Source of the DNA: an uncultured virus (IMG/VR IMGVR_UViG_3300002158_000015) | Lineage: Duplodnaviria > Heunggongvirae > Uroviricota > Caudoviricetes | Strand: one strand, 5' to 3' | DNA length: 64,000 bases | IMG/VR virus record: IMGVR_UViG_3300002158_000015 | Translations under genes and position numbers: made by a program | Part shown: in pieces, positions 34,811-43,917 of the stretch | Numbering within the stretch: position 1 is the stretch's first letter | Layout: each line of letters starts with the position of its first letter | The notes under the pieces: model-generated | Databases searched by the model: none | Told to the model about the DNA's origin: nothing | The model's input: only the letters and a program-made list of their open reading frames with translations

Positions 34811-35577
34811 ACACCGCAGCAAATGCGCTTGTTGAGCGCGAGCAAATTGCTCCACCAACGATGGCGACACCGGTTAGCGAGACGGCCGCAATCTTCCAGA
34901 TCATCGAACGCGCGGCGCGTGACCCGAATGTTGATCTCGATAAGATGGAACGCCTGATGGCGATGCGCGAGCGGGAATTGAACCGTTCTGCCGAGCAGGC
35001 TTTCAACGAGGCCATGAAGTCCGCGCAGTCGGAAATGCGGACGGTCGGCACCGACGCCAACAATTCGCAGACGCGCAGCAAGTATGCGACCTATGCGAAG
35101 CTGGATGCGGTCTTGCGGCCGATCTACACCAGCCACGGATTTTCCGTCAGCTTCGATGAGGACGACAGCCCGAAGCCGGATCATATCCGCGTTCTCGCCT
35201 ATGTGGCGCATGAGGCTGGTTTCACCCGCACCTATCGCAAGGACATGCCAGCGGACGGCAAGGGCGCGAAGGGTGGCGACGTGATGACCAAGACCCACGC
35301 GACCGGAGCCGCCGCATCCTACGGGATGCGCTACCTGCTGAAAGGCATCTTCAACGTCGCGGTTGGAGAGGACGACAAAGACGGCAACACGCCGCCCAAA
35401 CACAGCGAGGCGATCACGCCGGAACAGGCGCAGACCATCCGCGACCTGATCGAGGAAACCAATTCCGACATTGAGAAAATGTGCGCGTATCTCAAGGTCG
35501 AGGCCATTCCCGACATTCTCCAATCGCAGTTTGGCCGCGTCGTCGCCATGCTCGAAAAGAAGCGGGGGGCGAATTGA
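34807..35577 (+). CDS. erf: ERF-family single-strand annealing protein
   Basis: SKYATY, GAAASYGMRYLLKGIFNV..GEDDKDG motifs. Confidence 0.9.
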   Translation: MNTAANALVEREQIAPPTMATPVSETAAIFQIIERAARDPNVDLDKMERLMAMRERELNRSAEQAFNEAMKSAQSEMRTVGTDANNSQTRSKYATYAKLDAVLRPIYTSHGFSVSFDEDDSPKPDHIRVLAYVAHEAGFTRTYRKDMPADGKGAKGGDVMTKTHATGAAASYGMRYLLKGIFNVAVGEDDKDGNTPPKHSEAITPEQAQTIRDLIEETNSDIEKMCAYLKVEAIPDILQSQFGRVVAMLEKKRGAN

Positions 35578-36239
35578 TGGACCTCCAGCGCACAGACGAA
35601 TGGTTCGCCGCCAGACTAGGCCGCGTCACCGCCTCCCGCATCGCGGACGTTTGCGCCCGTACGAAAACTGGGTGGGGCGCCGGCCGCAAAAATTACATGG
35701 CCGAACTGGTGGCCGAACGCCTGACTGGAACTCGGCAGGAAGGGTTCACCAACGCAGCTATGCAGTGGGGCACTGACCAGGAACCGGAGGCGCGCATCGC
35801 ATACGAATTCTATCGCGATGCCACAGTGGTCGAAACTGGCTTCGTTCCTCACCCTTCGATTGCCGAAACCGGCGCTTCGCCGGACGGGCTTGTCCGCGAT
35901 GACGGACTGGTCGAAATCAAGTGTCCGAACACGGCGACCCATCTGGAAACGCTTCTCGGCGCCGAACTGCCGCAGAAATATTTCTATCAGATCCAATGGC
36001 AGCTTTCCTGCACTGGCCGCCAGTGGTGCGATTTCGTCAGCTATGACCCGCGCTTGCCCGAAGCAATGCGCCTGCATGTCGAACGCGTGAGCCGCGAAGA
36101 CATAGTTATTGCGGCGCTCGAAAAGGACGTGATCGATTTCCTGAACGAGCTTCGGGACACGGTTCATAGGCTCAAGGCGAAATACGAGCCTGACAACGCC
36201 GATGCGCCGGAAGTGGTGCGTCTCATGGCGGCAGGTTGA
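35577..36239 (+). CDS. YqaJ/lambda-type exonuclease
   Basis: QRTDEWFAARLGRVTAS, WG...EP, GASPDGL, EIKCP, YQIQWQ. Confidence 0.92.
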   Translation: MDLQRTDEWFAARLGRVTASRIADVCARTKTGWGAGRKNYMAELVAERLTGTRQEGFTNAAMQWGTDQEPEARIAYEFYRDATVVETGFVPHPSIAETGASPDGLVRDDGLVEIKCPNTATHLETLLGAELPQKYFYQIQWQLSCTGRQWCDFVSYDPRLPEAMRLHVERVSREDIVIAALEKDVIDFLNELRDTVHRLKAKYEPDNADAPEVVRLMAAG

Positions 36240-36637
36240 CCATGGCACAGACAGTCGTTCTCGACGGGCCACGCCAGCGCGCGATTGCCAAGCAGCTCAT
36301 CGACCGCGCCCCGATCAATGCGGTGCTGACGATCAAGGAAGCCTCCCGCAATCTGGAGCAGAACGCTCGCATGTGGGCGATGCTTTCGGACGTGAGCCGC
36401 GCGAAGCCGGAAGGCCGATGCTGGACCCCTGAGACATGGAAAGCTGCGTTCATGCATTCGCTCGGGCATCAGATCATCTTTTGCGAGGGCTTGGATGGCG
36501 CCGGTCCCTTCCCGATGGGTTTCCGTTCCTCCCGCCTGACTGTGCGCCAGATGGCCGACCTCATCACCTGCATTCAAGAGTACGGCGACCGGCACGGCGT
36601 GCTTTGGACCGATCCGAGCTTGGAGGCAGCAGCATGA
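36236..36637 (+). CDS. ninB: NinB-family recombination protein
   Basis: RNLEQNARMWAMLSDVS...WK...SSRLTVRQMADLI. Confidence 0.88.
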   Translation: MTMAQTVVLDGPRQRAIAKQLIDRAPINAVLTIKEASRNLEQNARMWAMLSDVSRAKPEGRCWTPETWKAAFMHSLGHQIIFCEGLDGAGPFPMGFRSSRLTVRQMADLITCIQEYGDRHGVLWTDPSLEAAA

Positions 36638-36798
36638 CCGCCCTCGAATATCTGCGCCACTACCCGAGCGCACGTCCCCGTTCAATCGCGATCCGCTTCA
36701 AACGCGATGATATCCACGAGCAGCTTCGTAAGGAAGTTGAAGGCCGCCGCAAGGTCTCGTGGCTTGGCCGGCTGGCCTCTTGGTGGAGGCGAGCATGA
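36634..36798 (+). CDS. Hypothetical small protein
   Basis: ATGA coupling. Confidence 0.55.
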   Translation: MTALEYLRHYPSARPRSIAIRFKRDDIHEQLRKEVEGRRKVSWLGRLASWWRRA

Positions 36799-36959
36799 TG
36801 CACACCCTTGTTGCCGCTCTTGCCTTTGCGCCTGCAATCATCTTGTGCGGCGGAGCGGTTTATCTCGCTGCGCATGGCCTGTCTGGATGGGGATGGTTCC
36901 TCCTTGTCGCAAGCTTCATCGGTGGATCCTATTCCTACAATCAAAAGGGAAAGAGCTGA
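36795..36959 (+). CDS. Small two-TM membrane protein
   Basis: Hydrophobic, GWGWFLLV motif; coupled. Confidence 0.6.
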   Translation: MMHTLVAALAFAPAIILCGGAVYLAAHGLSGWGWFLLVASFIGGSYSYNQKGKS

Positions 36960-37393
36960 TGGCGATGCAACTCCGCAAGGCCGCAACGGCGTTCTCGCTC
37001 CAGCCGACAGGAAAGGCCAGCCAGCGCGTCGAGAAGCCTGCCTACCTCGACTTCATCCGGTCCCTTCCCTGCATCGTGACCCGCAAGGTGCCTGTCGAAG
37101 CTGCGCACGTCTCCTACCCCGAACCGCGCGCCGGAAAGCTTGGACGCGGCAAGGGAGCCAAGGAAAGTGATTGCTGGGCTGTTCCGCTCCATCCTGACGA
37201 GCATCGCCACCAGCACTCCATGGGCGAGCGCGAATATTGGAAGGTAGTCGGCATAGACCCTTGTGTGGTCGCGGCCTTCCTGTTCGCGGCTTATCCCAAT
37301 CGGGACCGCGCCCTTCTGGTCATCAACAACGTCGAGCGCGGGTCGTCATTCGCGCCGCGTCCGTTCAATCCATCGACTGGAGAAGTGGCATGA
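36959..37393 (+). CDS. DUF968-like (HNH-related) protein
   Basis: YLDFIRSLPC...EAAHV...G.K.SD.WAVPL...H..QH. Confidence 0.8.
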   Translation: MAMQLRKAATAFSLQPTGKASQRVEKPAYLDFIRSLPCIVTRKVPVEAAHVSYPEPRAGKLGRGKGAKESDCWAVPLHPDEHRHQHSMGEREYWKVVGIDPCVVAAFLFAAYPNRDRALLVINNVERGSSFAPRPFNPSTGEVA

Positions 37394-38046
37394 CCCAGGC
37401 ACCCGATTCTTGCCAACTCCCTGACACGACTAGCCCTGAAACAGGAACGAATGCGGCGCAGACAGCGAACGTCGCGCTTCTGCCATGCCCCCATTGCGGC
37501 AGCAGTTCAGCGCCGAAGCTCAAGCTATGGGATGGCGACCCGCCTATGCCCGGCTTCTATGTCATTTGCGATGCTGCTGGATGGGACGGGATGGAAGGTC
37601 GCGGCTGTGGATGCAGCGGCGCTTACGGCGAAACCAAGATTGACGCGGTCGAAGCCTGGAACCGCCGTGCCGCTCCCACCCTCCCGGCAGACGAAAAGGG
37701 GCTGGTGGACGAATGGCGCTCGCCCGACGAGATGCCAGACACGCCCAAGGGGACCGAGCAGAATTTCATCGTAGCGGTGCGCCGGGCCAGAAGCGGCAAA
37801 GTCTATTCGTTCCCGTCCGCCTACCTGAACGCCTACCCGCTTCGATACGAATATGAGTGCCCGAAGGGCGAGGGTTGCGACGGCAACGGCTGCGAAGATG
37901 GTTGCCCGATAACGGGTTGGTACAGTGCGACCGGCGATGGCGAGGATGGATTGACCTATTCGCCCATGTACATGGACCCCGGCGACGAATTTCTAGGCTG
38001 GCGCAAGGTGCCTCAGTGGCCCGCCTCCGCAGATATGGAGGGGTGA
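37390..38046 (+). CDS. Lar-family restriction alleviation domain fused to Cys-rich C-terminal domain
   Basis: LLPCPHCG...YVIC...C...AVEAWNRRA. Confidence 0.75.
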   Translation: MTQAPDSCQLPDTTSPETGTNAAQTANVALLPCPHCGSSSAPKLKLWDGDPPMPGFYVICDAAGWDGMEGRGCGCSGAYGETKIDAVEAWNRRAAPTLPADEKGLVDEWRSPDEMPDTPKGTEQNFIVAVRRARSGKVYSFPSAYLNAYPLRYEYECPKGEGCDGNGCEDGCPITGWYSATGDGEDGLTYSPMYMDPGDEFLGWRKVPQWPASADMEG

Positions 38047-38049
38047 GAG

Positions 38050-38403
38050 ATGGCGAAGCACACCCCGGGACCGTGGCAATGCTACGCTGATCTGCCGAGT
38101 ACCGAACCGAATTGGCATATCGTAACCAACGCAAGCCGCATGCGCGTGCTGGCGAACGTCCACATCGAGCCGAGCAACGATACCGACGAAGCGAACGCTC
38201 GCTTGATCACCGTCGCGCCAGAGCTTTTCGAGGAATTGAAACGGCTTCGCCTCGCCTACGTGAATCTGCTCGAAATCGGACGGGATCGCATCATTGCATT
38301 TGGCGGCTCATGCGATCCCGTTGATGTCATGGAAGCCTCTGACCCAGCTTTGCGCTCGGCGGACATCATTATCTCCAAAGCGGAGGGCCACCAGCATGCC
38401 TAA
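38050..38403 (+). CDS. Conserved phage protein
   Basis: KHTPGPW...EANARLI..APEL motifs. Confidence 0.8.
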   Translation: MAKHTPGPWQCYADLPSTEPNWHIVTNASRMRVLANVHIEPSNDTDEANARLITVAPELFEELKRLRLAYVNLLEIGRDRIIAFGGSCDPVDVMEASDPALRSADIIISKAEGHQHA

Positions 38404-39211
38404 CACAGCACCGCGCGTGAAGGCGCTGGCCGAACTGCTCGATTCCGTTCTCGGAAATCCGGGTAAATCGGTCTCGGCAGTTGACAGGGTGCGCCTCTTT
38501 GCCGACGGCGATTGTTCGTTCGAATTCTACATGGAAGACGCGCAAGAAGTCGTGAACCTACTGGATAGGGTTGCCGCCGAGCTTCGCGCCGCTCTTGAGC
38601 CGCAGGAGGCCGAGCCGGTGGCGTGGGCATACGAGTTTCATGACTTCGGATCGGTGTGGAAACGGCACGTCATCCTGAACCGCCCAGATGGCGGCGCGAG
38701 CCCTCCGACGAAGCATTGCGGTTCGGCTGTGCGCAACGTCTGCCCCCTCTTCGCCGTCCCCGCCTCAGAGAAGGCGGAACAGCTATCGAACGAACCGAGA
38801 AACCTCGGCAAACCCTTGCCGAATGACCCTGAAAATGTCCCCAAAAATGAGAACATCGCACCCGCCTCAGAGAAGGCGGCGAGCGAGGTGAGTTTCATGC
38901 TTCGTGACCTTATCGAACGAGCGCAGGAGCTTATTCCACTGACATACGTCAACTGGCACGACAGCGCCAAGGTTGCGCTTTCACAGCCAGTGCAGGGCTG
39001 GCAGACGATGGACAGCGCGCCGAGAGACGGCAGTGCGTTTATGGTCTACGTCGCGCAAAGTGACCTGGGTCCACATTGGTTCGCTCCAGTCAGCCGCACT
39101 CTCAATGGCGAATGGTGGGACGACAGTACGGGCGAACAGATCGAGCCGATAAAGGGCGCGACCCACTGGATGCCTCTCCCCGCCGGCCCTGCCGCCAAGG
39201 AGGGCCAGTAA
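38396..39211 (+). CDS. Modular ea-region protein with C-terminal DUF551-like domain
   Basis: EPVAW; WQTMDSAPRDG...THWMPLP. Confidence 0.8.
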   Translation: MPNTAPRVKALAELLDSVLGNPGKSVSAVDRVRLFADGDCSFEFYMEDAQEVVNLLDRVAAELRAALEPQEAEPVAWAYEFHDFGSVWKRHVILNRPDGGASPPTKHCGSAVRNVCPLFAVPASEKAEQLSNEPRNLGKPLPNDPENVPKNENIAPASEKAASEVSFMLRDLIERAQELIPLTYVNWHDSAKVALSQPVQGWQTMDSAPRDGSAFMVYVAQSDLGPHWFAPVSRTLNGEWWDDSTGEQIEPIKGATHWMPLPAGPAAKEGQ

Positions 39212-39212
39212 G

Positions 39213-39662
39213 ATGGGCATCACCTACGGCGATCATCTCATCGACAGCGGCTATTTCGACATCACGCCCGAGCAAGAGCGCGAAATCGAGGCCCGCGAGG
39301 AATGCGCTCGGCAGGGCATCGACCCCGAAGAGATTTGCGCGGACGGCGGTGTGACGGCTTGGATGGTCGTGGATCGCGAGCGGGTAGCTGACGTTCTGGA
39401 CCCGGAAGTTGGCTTTCCGTCCGACGACCTATTGCGCTGCATCCATGCGGACATTGAAATTCGAGGTCGGAAGAACCCGGCATTCGCAGTCAGCGTCCAC
39501 CATCGCAATATCGTCCTATCGGCAGTCGCAAATGCGCTCCGATGCTCTCACCTCTTAACGTGGGGCGAGTGGCTGGAGCATTGCGACTGTCGCCACCACG
39601 GCGACTGTGACGGCTCCTGCACGCATCCAGACCCGACTAAGGAGAATGCGCGCCATGGCTAA
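39213..39662 (+). CDS. Hypothetical phage protein
   Basis: Coupled ORF; Cys/His-rich tail. Confidence 0.65.
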   Translation: MGITYGDHLIDSGYFDITPEQEREIEAREECARQGIDPEEICADGGVTAWMVVDRERVADVLDPEVGFPSDDLLRCIHADIEIRGRKNPAFAVSVHHRNIVLSAVANALRCSHLLTWGEWLEHCDCRHHGDCDGSCTHPDPTKENARHG

Positions 39663-39978
39663 GCTGATCAGCTCCGACGCGATGTTTTTGGGAGGTTTCC
39701 TTTTTGGCTTGATGCAGCCTGAAAAGGGCCAAGTCACCTTCAAGATGAACGAAAGCCGCCCGTCGAAGCGTACGCAAGACGCACTGGATGAATTAGTTGA
39801 GGCTGGGATGGTCTCGGTCGAACCATTCAACCACTATGGAGGCTTCGTCTACACGCCGCTTGTCTCTTTCAAGCGACCTTCCACGGCGCTGGCAAAACGC
39901 ATCGGCCATTGGCCAATCACCGAGCCAATCGAAGCAGGCCGCGCCGCTCTAGCCAAGGAGGCGCAGGACCATGGTTGA
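39655..39978 (+). CDS. Hypothetical phage protein
   Basis: AAGGAG RBS, ATG 39655. Confidence 0.65.
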   Translation: MAKLISSDAMFLGGFLFGLMQPEKGQVTFKMNESRPSKRTQDALDELVEAGMVSVEPFNHYGGFVYTPLVSFKRPSTALAKRIGHWPITEPIEAGRAALAKEAQDHG

Positions 39979-40327
39979 GACGATTTCCCTGTTCGCGCTT
40001 CTTATTGTCGGCCATTCGCTGGCGGACTTCCCGCAGCAAGGTGACTATCTGGCCAAGCTGAAAAACCGCTTTGCCCCACTTCCGGGCCAAGGTTGGTATC
40101 ATGGCCTTTTGAACCACGCGGCAATCCACGGCGGATTTGTTGGCGCGATCGTCGGTCTGATGACTGGATCGCAAACCACTGGCCTCGTCTTAGGGCTTAC
40201 CGAGTTCGTTGCTCATTGCGTCATTGACGACACCAAGTGCCGTGGCCGCCTCTCTTACGATCAGGACCAGATGTTGCATGTCATGTGCAAGGTCGTGTGG
40301 GTCGCAGCGATCGGGGTTTTCCAATGA
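39971..40327 (+). CDS. DUF3307-family membrane protein
   Basis: H.LADFP.Q, HAAIH, H.VID..K, DQ.LH motifs. Confidence 0.85.
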   Translation: MVETISLFALLIVGHSLADFPQQGDYLAKLKNRFAPLPGQGWYHGLLNHAAIHGGFVGAIVGLMTGSQTTGLVLGLTEFVAHCVIDDTKCRGRLSYDQDQMLHVMCKVVWVAAIGVFQ

Positions 40328-40893
40328 AGATCGAGGAAATCGCTCTCAGGAACCTTCACTCGTTCGTGGCCAGCGCCACATTCAAAGGTGGCGAAACTGA
40401 CCGACAGTCCGCGTCGAACTGTATTGATTTGCTTGCCGCCCTCCAGCGCCAGCTATCCGAAGCCGTACAGGGACGGGATGAGGCGGAGCGGGAACTCGCC
40501 ATTGAAAAAACTCGTAGCCATGGCGATTGGTCAAACCAGCGCGAAAACGACGCCCTGACCATCCGCTTCTACGAAATGAAGGAGCGAGCCGAGAAAGCAG
40601 AGCGGGAGCGGGATGCGGCACAAGCCAACGCTTTTGACGCGGCAGTGGCCCACGGCAACGCAAGACGGCACGCGGATGCCGCCGAAGCCGAGGTAGCGCG
40701 GCTGCGCGAGGCGCTTCCGCTGGTTGAAACCGCCCTCTCCCATGCTTCATTTGCCCTCGACGGCGTTATTGCCATGGATGACGAGGACATGGGCAAGGAT
40801 GGCGGAAGCGCTACTTGTCAGGACACCCAACGAACGGTTGATCGCGCGTTGAAAAGTCTTCGCGCCGCTCTTCAGCGTGGAGAGCCGAAATGA
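40324..40893 (+). CDS. Coiled-coil phage protein
   Basis: ERAEKAERERDAA helical repeats; ATGA coupling. Confidence 0.7.
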   Translation: MKIEEIALRNLHSFVASATFKGGETDRQSASNCIDLLAALQRQLSEAVQGRDEAERELAIEKTRSHGDWSNQRENDALTIRFYEMKERAEKAERERDAAQANAFDAAVAHGNARRHADAAEAEVARLREALPLVETALSHASFALDGVIAMDDEDMGKDGGSATCQDTQRTVDRALKSLRAALQRGEPK

Positions 40894-41102
40894 GGGCGAC
40901 CACACTTCCAGCCTTTGGCGACATCCGTCTTTCATGCAGCGAAATCATGCCAGACGACTGCATGGCGTTGACGCGCAACGGCAAAATCGTGTGGGTAGGC
41001 AAGTTCGGCTCACCTATCGAGGACGCCGACTTTGACGGTATGATTCTCGCGCCGAGCAAATACGCCCTGTTCCGAGCCCTTACAGGAGGCGGGGATGGCT
41101 GA
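40890..41102 (+). CDS. Hypothetical small protein
   Basis: Coupled ORF. Confidence 0.6.
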   Translation: MRATTLPAFGDIRLSCSEIMPDDCMALTRNGKIVWVGKFGSPIEDADFDGMILAPSKYALFRALTGGGDG

Positions 41103-41334
41103 ACGCGAACTCAGGACCAGCGAGTTGGCGAAACTGTTGGGAGTAGACCCGAGCCTGCTTCGAAAATGGAAGGCTCGCGGGCTGTTGAAACTCGCCCCTG
41201 GCGGAGTATCGGGCCAAGGACGGTCAGTCGAATGCTACTGGAGTAACGCGGCGGTCGAAGAAGCCAGACAGTTGAAAGCGTCACTGCGTAAAACTCGTCC
41301 GCGCCTGCCGCTCCCCGGAGGTGGCAATGACTAG
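41095..41334 (+). CDS. MerR-like HTH protein
   Basis: TSELAKLLGVDPSLLRKWKARGLL. Confidence 0.75.
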   Translation: MAERELRTSELAKLLGVDPSLLRKWKARGLLKLAPGGVSGQGRSVECYWSNAAVEEARQLKASLRKTRPRLPLPGGGND

Positions 41335-41677
41335 GGCGCGGACAATGGAGGAGGCTGCTGAGCAGCTTCGAGTATCGCGACGTTCCATGCAAGAGATCGT
41401 GAAACGCCACCCTTTCTATTACGTGAACGGCCACAAGAAGCTGTTCACGGAAGCCGACATCGCCGCTATCGTGGCAGGACTGCGCAAGGAAGCCGTAAGA
41501 TGGCCCTCAAACTCAAGCCGCCACGCAAAAGCAAATCGCCCAACTACACGATACGCGGAACCTATCTCGGGGTCAGCGTTGACCGAACTACAGGAACTCC
41601 TGTCGAAGCCACAGCGAAGCAAGTCCTCGCCGCGATCAAACGCGACATCGAACGTGGTCGCCTTGCGGAACCGGTAG
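41327..41677 (+). CDS. xis: Excisionase-like HTH protein
   Basis: TMEEAAEQLRVSRRSM...KLFTEADI; overlaps int. Confidence 0.75.
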   Translation: MTRARTMEEAAEQLRVSRRSMQEIVKRHPFYYVNGHKKLFTEADIAAIVAGLRKEAVRWPSNSSRHAKANRPTTRYAEPISGSALTELQELLSKPQRSKSSPRSNATSNVVALRNR

Positions 41678-42588
41678 CCGAGGAACAGAAGGAACCGTTA
41701 TTCGAGGAAGCCGCTCTTCTGTACATCAAGGCTGGCGGCGATCCCCAATATCTCGGCAAGTTCGACGCCAAGGCCAAGGTCTGGATCGGGGGCGTCATCC
41801 CGCATCTGATCGGGAAACGTCTTTCGGAAGTCACACAGCAGATCATCGACGAAACGGCAGTCGCACTTTACCCGCACGCTTCAGCAGCCACACGTAACCG
41901 GCAGGCCTACACTCCCATTTCCTCAGTGCTCAAGCACTCCGGGCACGATTTCAAAGTGCGGCGCCCAAAAGGATGGCGCGGAAAGCAGCGCGTTGATTGG
42001 CTGAAGCCCGAACAAGCCTTTCGATTGATCACAGCAGCATTCGAGTTTCAGGAAGAGTTCGGAGCGTTCCTTGTGTTCCTGCTCTACACCGGCGCGCGCC
42101 TCAACGAAGGACTATCATTGACATGCGACCGGCTCTCGCTCTCCGAGGCCTTCGCCTATCTGCCGCAGACCAAGAATGGCGATCCGCGAGGCATCCATTT
42201 GCCCCCGTATGCGGTCGCGACTTTGGCGAACCATCCACGCGGCCTTGATCGCGGCAAGCAGAAGGTCTTCCGCTACAGGAAATGCGGCCGGCTATACACT
42301 TGGTTCGCCAAGATCAAAGTGGCGGCCGGCCAGGACCTCGATCACGTGACCTTCCACATGCTCCGGCATACCTGGGCAACATGGATGCGCCGCTATGGCG
42401 GATTGGATACTCGTGGCCTAGTTGCCACGGGCACATGGAAGGACCAGACTTCAGCCGCTCGCTATGAGCACGTGGTGGTTTCAGAGGAAGCCAGAAAGGC
42501 GGATTTGCTGCCCACGCCGAAGCGACCTAGAAAGGCAAAAAGCGTGGAAAATCCGTGGAATGGGAAGACAAATCGCGCAAACGGTTGA
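41500..42588 (+). CDS. int: Prophage tyrosine integrase
   Basis: TGAR, K, HMLRHTWA, W, Y catalytic pattern; abuts att site. Confidence 0.93.
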   Translation: MALKLKPPRKSKSPNYTIRGTYLGVSVDRTTGTPVEATAKQVLAAIKRDIERGRLAEPVAEEQKEPLFEEAALLYIKAGGDPQYLGKFDAKAKVWIGGVIPHLIGKRLSEVTQQIIDETAVALYPHASAATRNRQAYTPISSVLKHSGHDFKVRRPKGWRGKQRVDWLKPEQAFRLITAAFEFQEEFGAFLVFLLYTGARLNEGLSLTCDRLSLSEAFAYLPQTKNGDPRGIHLPPYAVATLANHPRGLDRGKQKVFRYRKCGRLYTWFAKIKVAAGQDLDHVTFHMLRHTWATWMRRYGGLDTRGLVATGTWKDQTSAARYEHVVVSEEARKADLLPTPKRPRKAKSVENPWNGKTNRANG

Positions 42589-42607
42589 ATTCGTTATGCT
42601 GGGCCAG

Positions 42608-42655
42608 CCCTTCACACGGGTGGGGTCGTAGGTTCAATCCCTACATCGCCCACCA
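42608..42655 (+). other. att site: duplicated 3' half of tRNA-Val(CAC)
   Basis: CCC-TTCACAC-GGGTG anticodon arm, GTAGG-TTCAATC-CCTAC T-arm, ends ACCA; no D-arm or 5' acceptor upstream. Confidence 0.88.
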
Positions 42656-42692
42656 TTCCGCTCGCGCTTTTTCCCCATGGTTTTCTTGGTTT

Positions 42693-42843
42693 TGCAGCGC
42701 GCAACTTCACTTGGCATCAATTCAGAATGCTTTGAAAGCCGGTTGAAGGCCCGTTCTGTAGCGCGCAACTTCACTTGGCAGGATCGCGCAACTTCATTTG
42801 GCATCAATTCGGAATGTGTTGAAAGCGGATTGAAAGCCCGTTC
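42693..42843. repeat. Three copies of CGCGCAACTTCA(C/T)TTGGCA within a duplicated ~60-bp unit; putative element end
   Basis: Copies at 42698, 42762, 42785; TGTA at 42757 and TGCA at 42693 precede copies. Confidence 0.85.
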
Positions 42844-43234
42844 AAGGTGCAGGGCACCAATGTTCCTTGCGTCCCTGCCAACGGCGCGCCAGTCCAGCTG
42901 CTATCAAAGTCTCGCCAACACTTTTGTTGTCGATCTTTACGATCACCAACCGCCGCCCGTAGCGATCGAACCGGCCTGTAGGCTCGACGGCGAAGTCATT
43001 CGCCAGCAGATCCTTCAACTTCGATGTTGCTTCTGCCGCCAGCCGCCTCTCGGCCTCGCAGGATGCATCCGTCTCGGGCGCATCGATATCGGCGATGCGG
43101 TACTTCTTGCCGCGCCACCAGAATGTATCGCCGTCCACGACGCAATTGACCCGATGCCCTCCAGAACAAACGGGCATGGACGCCGCTGGCGCTACGCTCG
43201 CCCATGCTATGACCAACACCCAAAGCGTCTTCAC
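42842..43234 (-). CDS. Secreted thermonuclease (SNase) family protein
   Basis: Signal peptide; VVDGDT, RIADIDAPE, DRYGR motifs. Confidence 0.9.
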   Translation of the reverse strand: MKTLWVLVIAWASVAPAASMPVCSGGHRVNCVVDGDTFWWRGKKYRIADIDAPETDASCEAERRLAAEATSKLKDLLANDFAVEPTGRFDRYGRRLVIVKIDNKSVGETLIAAGLARRWQGRKEHWCPAP

Positions 43235-43324
43235 GCGGAGTTCCTGTTCGGTTCAATCCCCGGCCGACACTAAGGCAGCCAAGGCACTGTGTTGAGCGCA
43301 GCCGATCGCCGCCATCGCAACACC

Positions 43325-43444
43325 TCATGTCGAACCCACGGCATAGGCCAGAAGCATGGCGGTGACGATGATGGCGCCGACAATGCCTGCATAACCGCGC
43401 GCGATGAGCCGAACTCCAAAGATCGAGATTTCAAAGCGGTTCAT
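43325..43444 (-). CDS. Very small membrane protein (not in ORF track)
   Basis: AGGAGG RBS; MNRFEISIFGVRLIARGYAGIVGAIIVTAMLLAYAVGST. Confidence 0.5.
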   Translation of the reverse strand: MNRFEISIFGVRLIARGYAGIVGAIIVTAMLLAYAVGST

Positions 43445-43495
43445 TTTTGCCTCCTGTTGCTGGAGACATTGTCACCGGCCAGCGCTGGGTGTGGA

Positions 43496-43903
43496 TCAGA
43501 CAGCTGACTCTTGCTGCCAATCAGGCCTTCGTTGGATCTGGGCGCTGAACCGCGCCAACCCGTGGAAGGCCGAATACTCGTCTTCTGCCCTGATTTCAGA
43601 GTAGTCCGGCGCCCAGGTGACGAATTCGTAGCCGTCAACCGTCGGCGGTTCGACGAAGGCGGATTGGATTTTCTTGAGCAGTTTTCTGGTGGATGCGTCG
43701 CCCGAACGATCCCAGAAGTGGACGGTGGCCAGCAAACTGACGCTGCCGCCATCCTCGTCGGCAGCGGTGACACCGATCGAAGCATAGGGAAATTCCCTCG
43801 GCTCCTCGCGCGGCCTCGCCTCTGCAACCGCAACCGGCATCATGTCCAACGCCCTCAACCGGGCCACCATTACCGCATGCAGTGCATCAGACGGGCTCGT
43901 CAT
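43496..43903 (-). CDS. Orphan DUF3168 / tail-completion-like protein
   Basis: AL..VMVARL, FPYASIG, TVHFWDR, FHGLARF pattern. Confidence 0.65.
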   Translation of the reverse strand: MTSPSDALHAVMVARLRALDMMPVAVAEARPREEPREFPYASIGVTAADEDGGSVSLLATVHFWDRSGDASTRKLLKKIQSAFVEPPTVDGYEFVTWAPDYSEIRAEDEYSAFHGLARFSAQIQRRPDWQQESAV

Positions 43904-43917
43904 ATTGTCACCCTACA

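Larger units (their letters stand above)
1..42655. mobile_element. Temperate P22-like (podovirus) prophage integrated at tRNA-Val(CAC); left end outside window
   Basis: Contiguous lysis, tail, ejection, capsid, portal, terminase, replication, immunity, recombination and xis/int modules in lambdoid order, ending at a tRNA 3' fragment. Confidence 0.93.

Noticed and set aside
42590..42655. Intact tRNA-Val gene
   Set aside because: Only the anticodon loop to CCA is present; upstream is the integrase end, so this is the att duplication
43250..43260. GGTTCAATCCC matching the tRNA T-arm as a second att site
   Set aside because: Only 11 bp with no flanking similarity; compatible with chance
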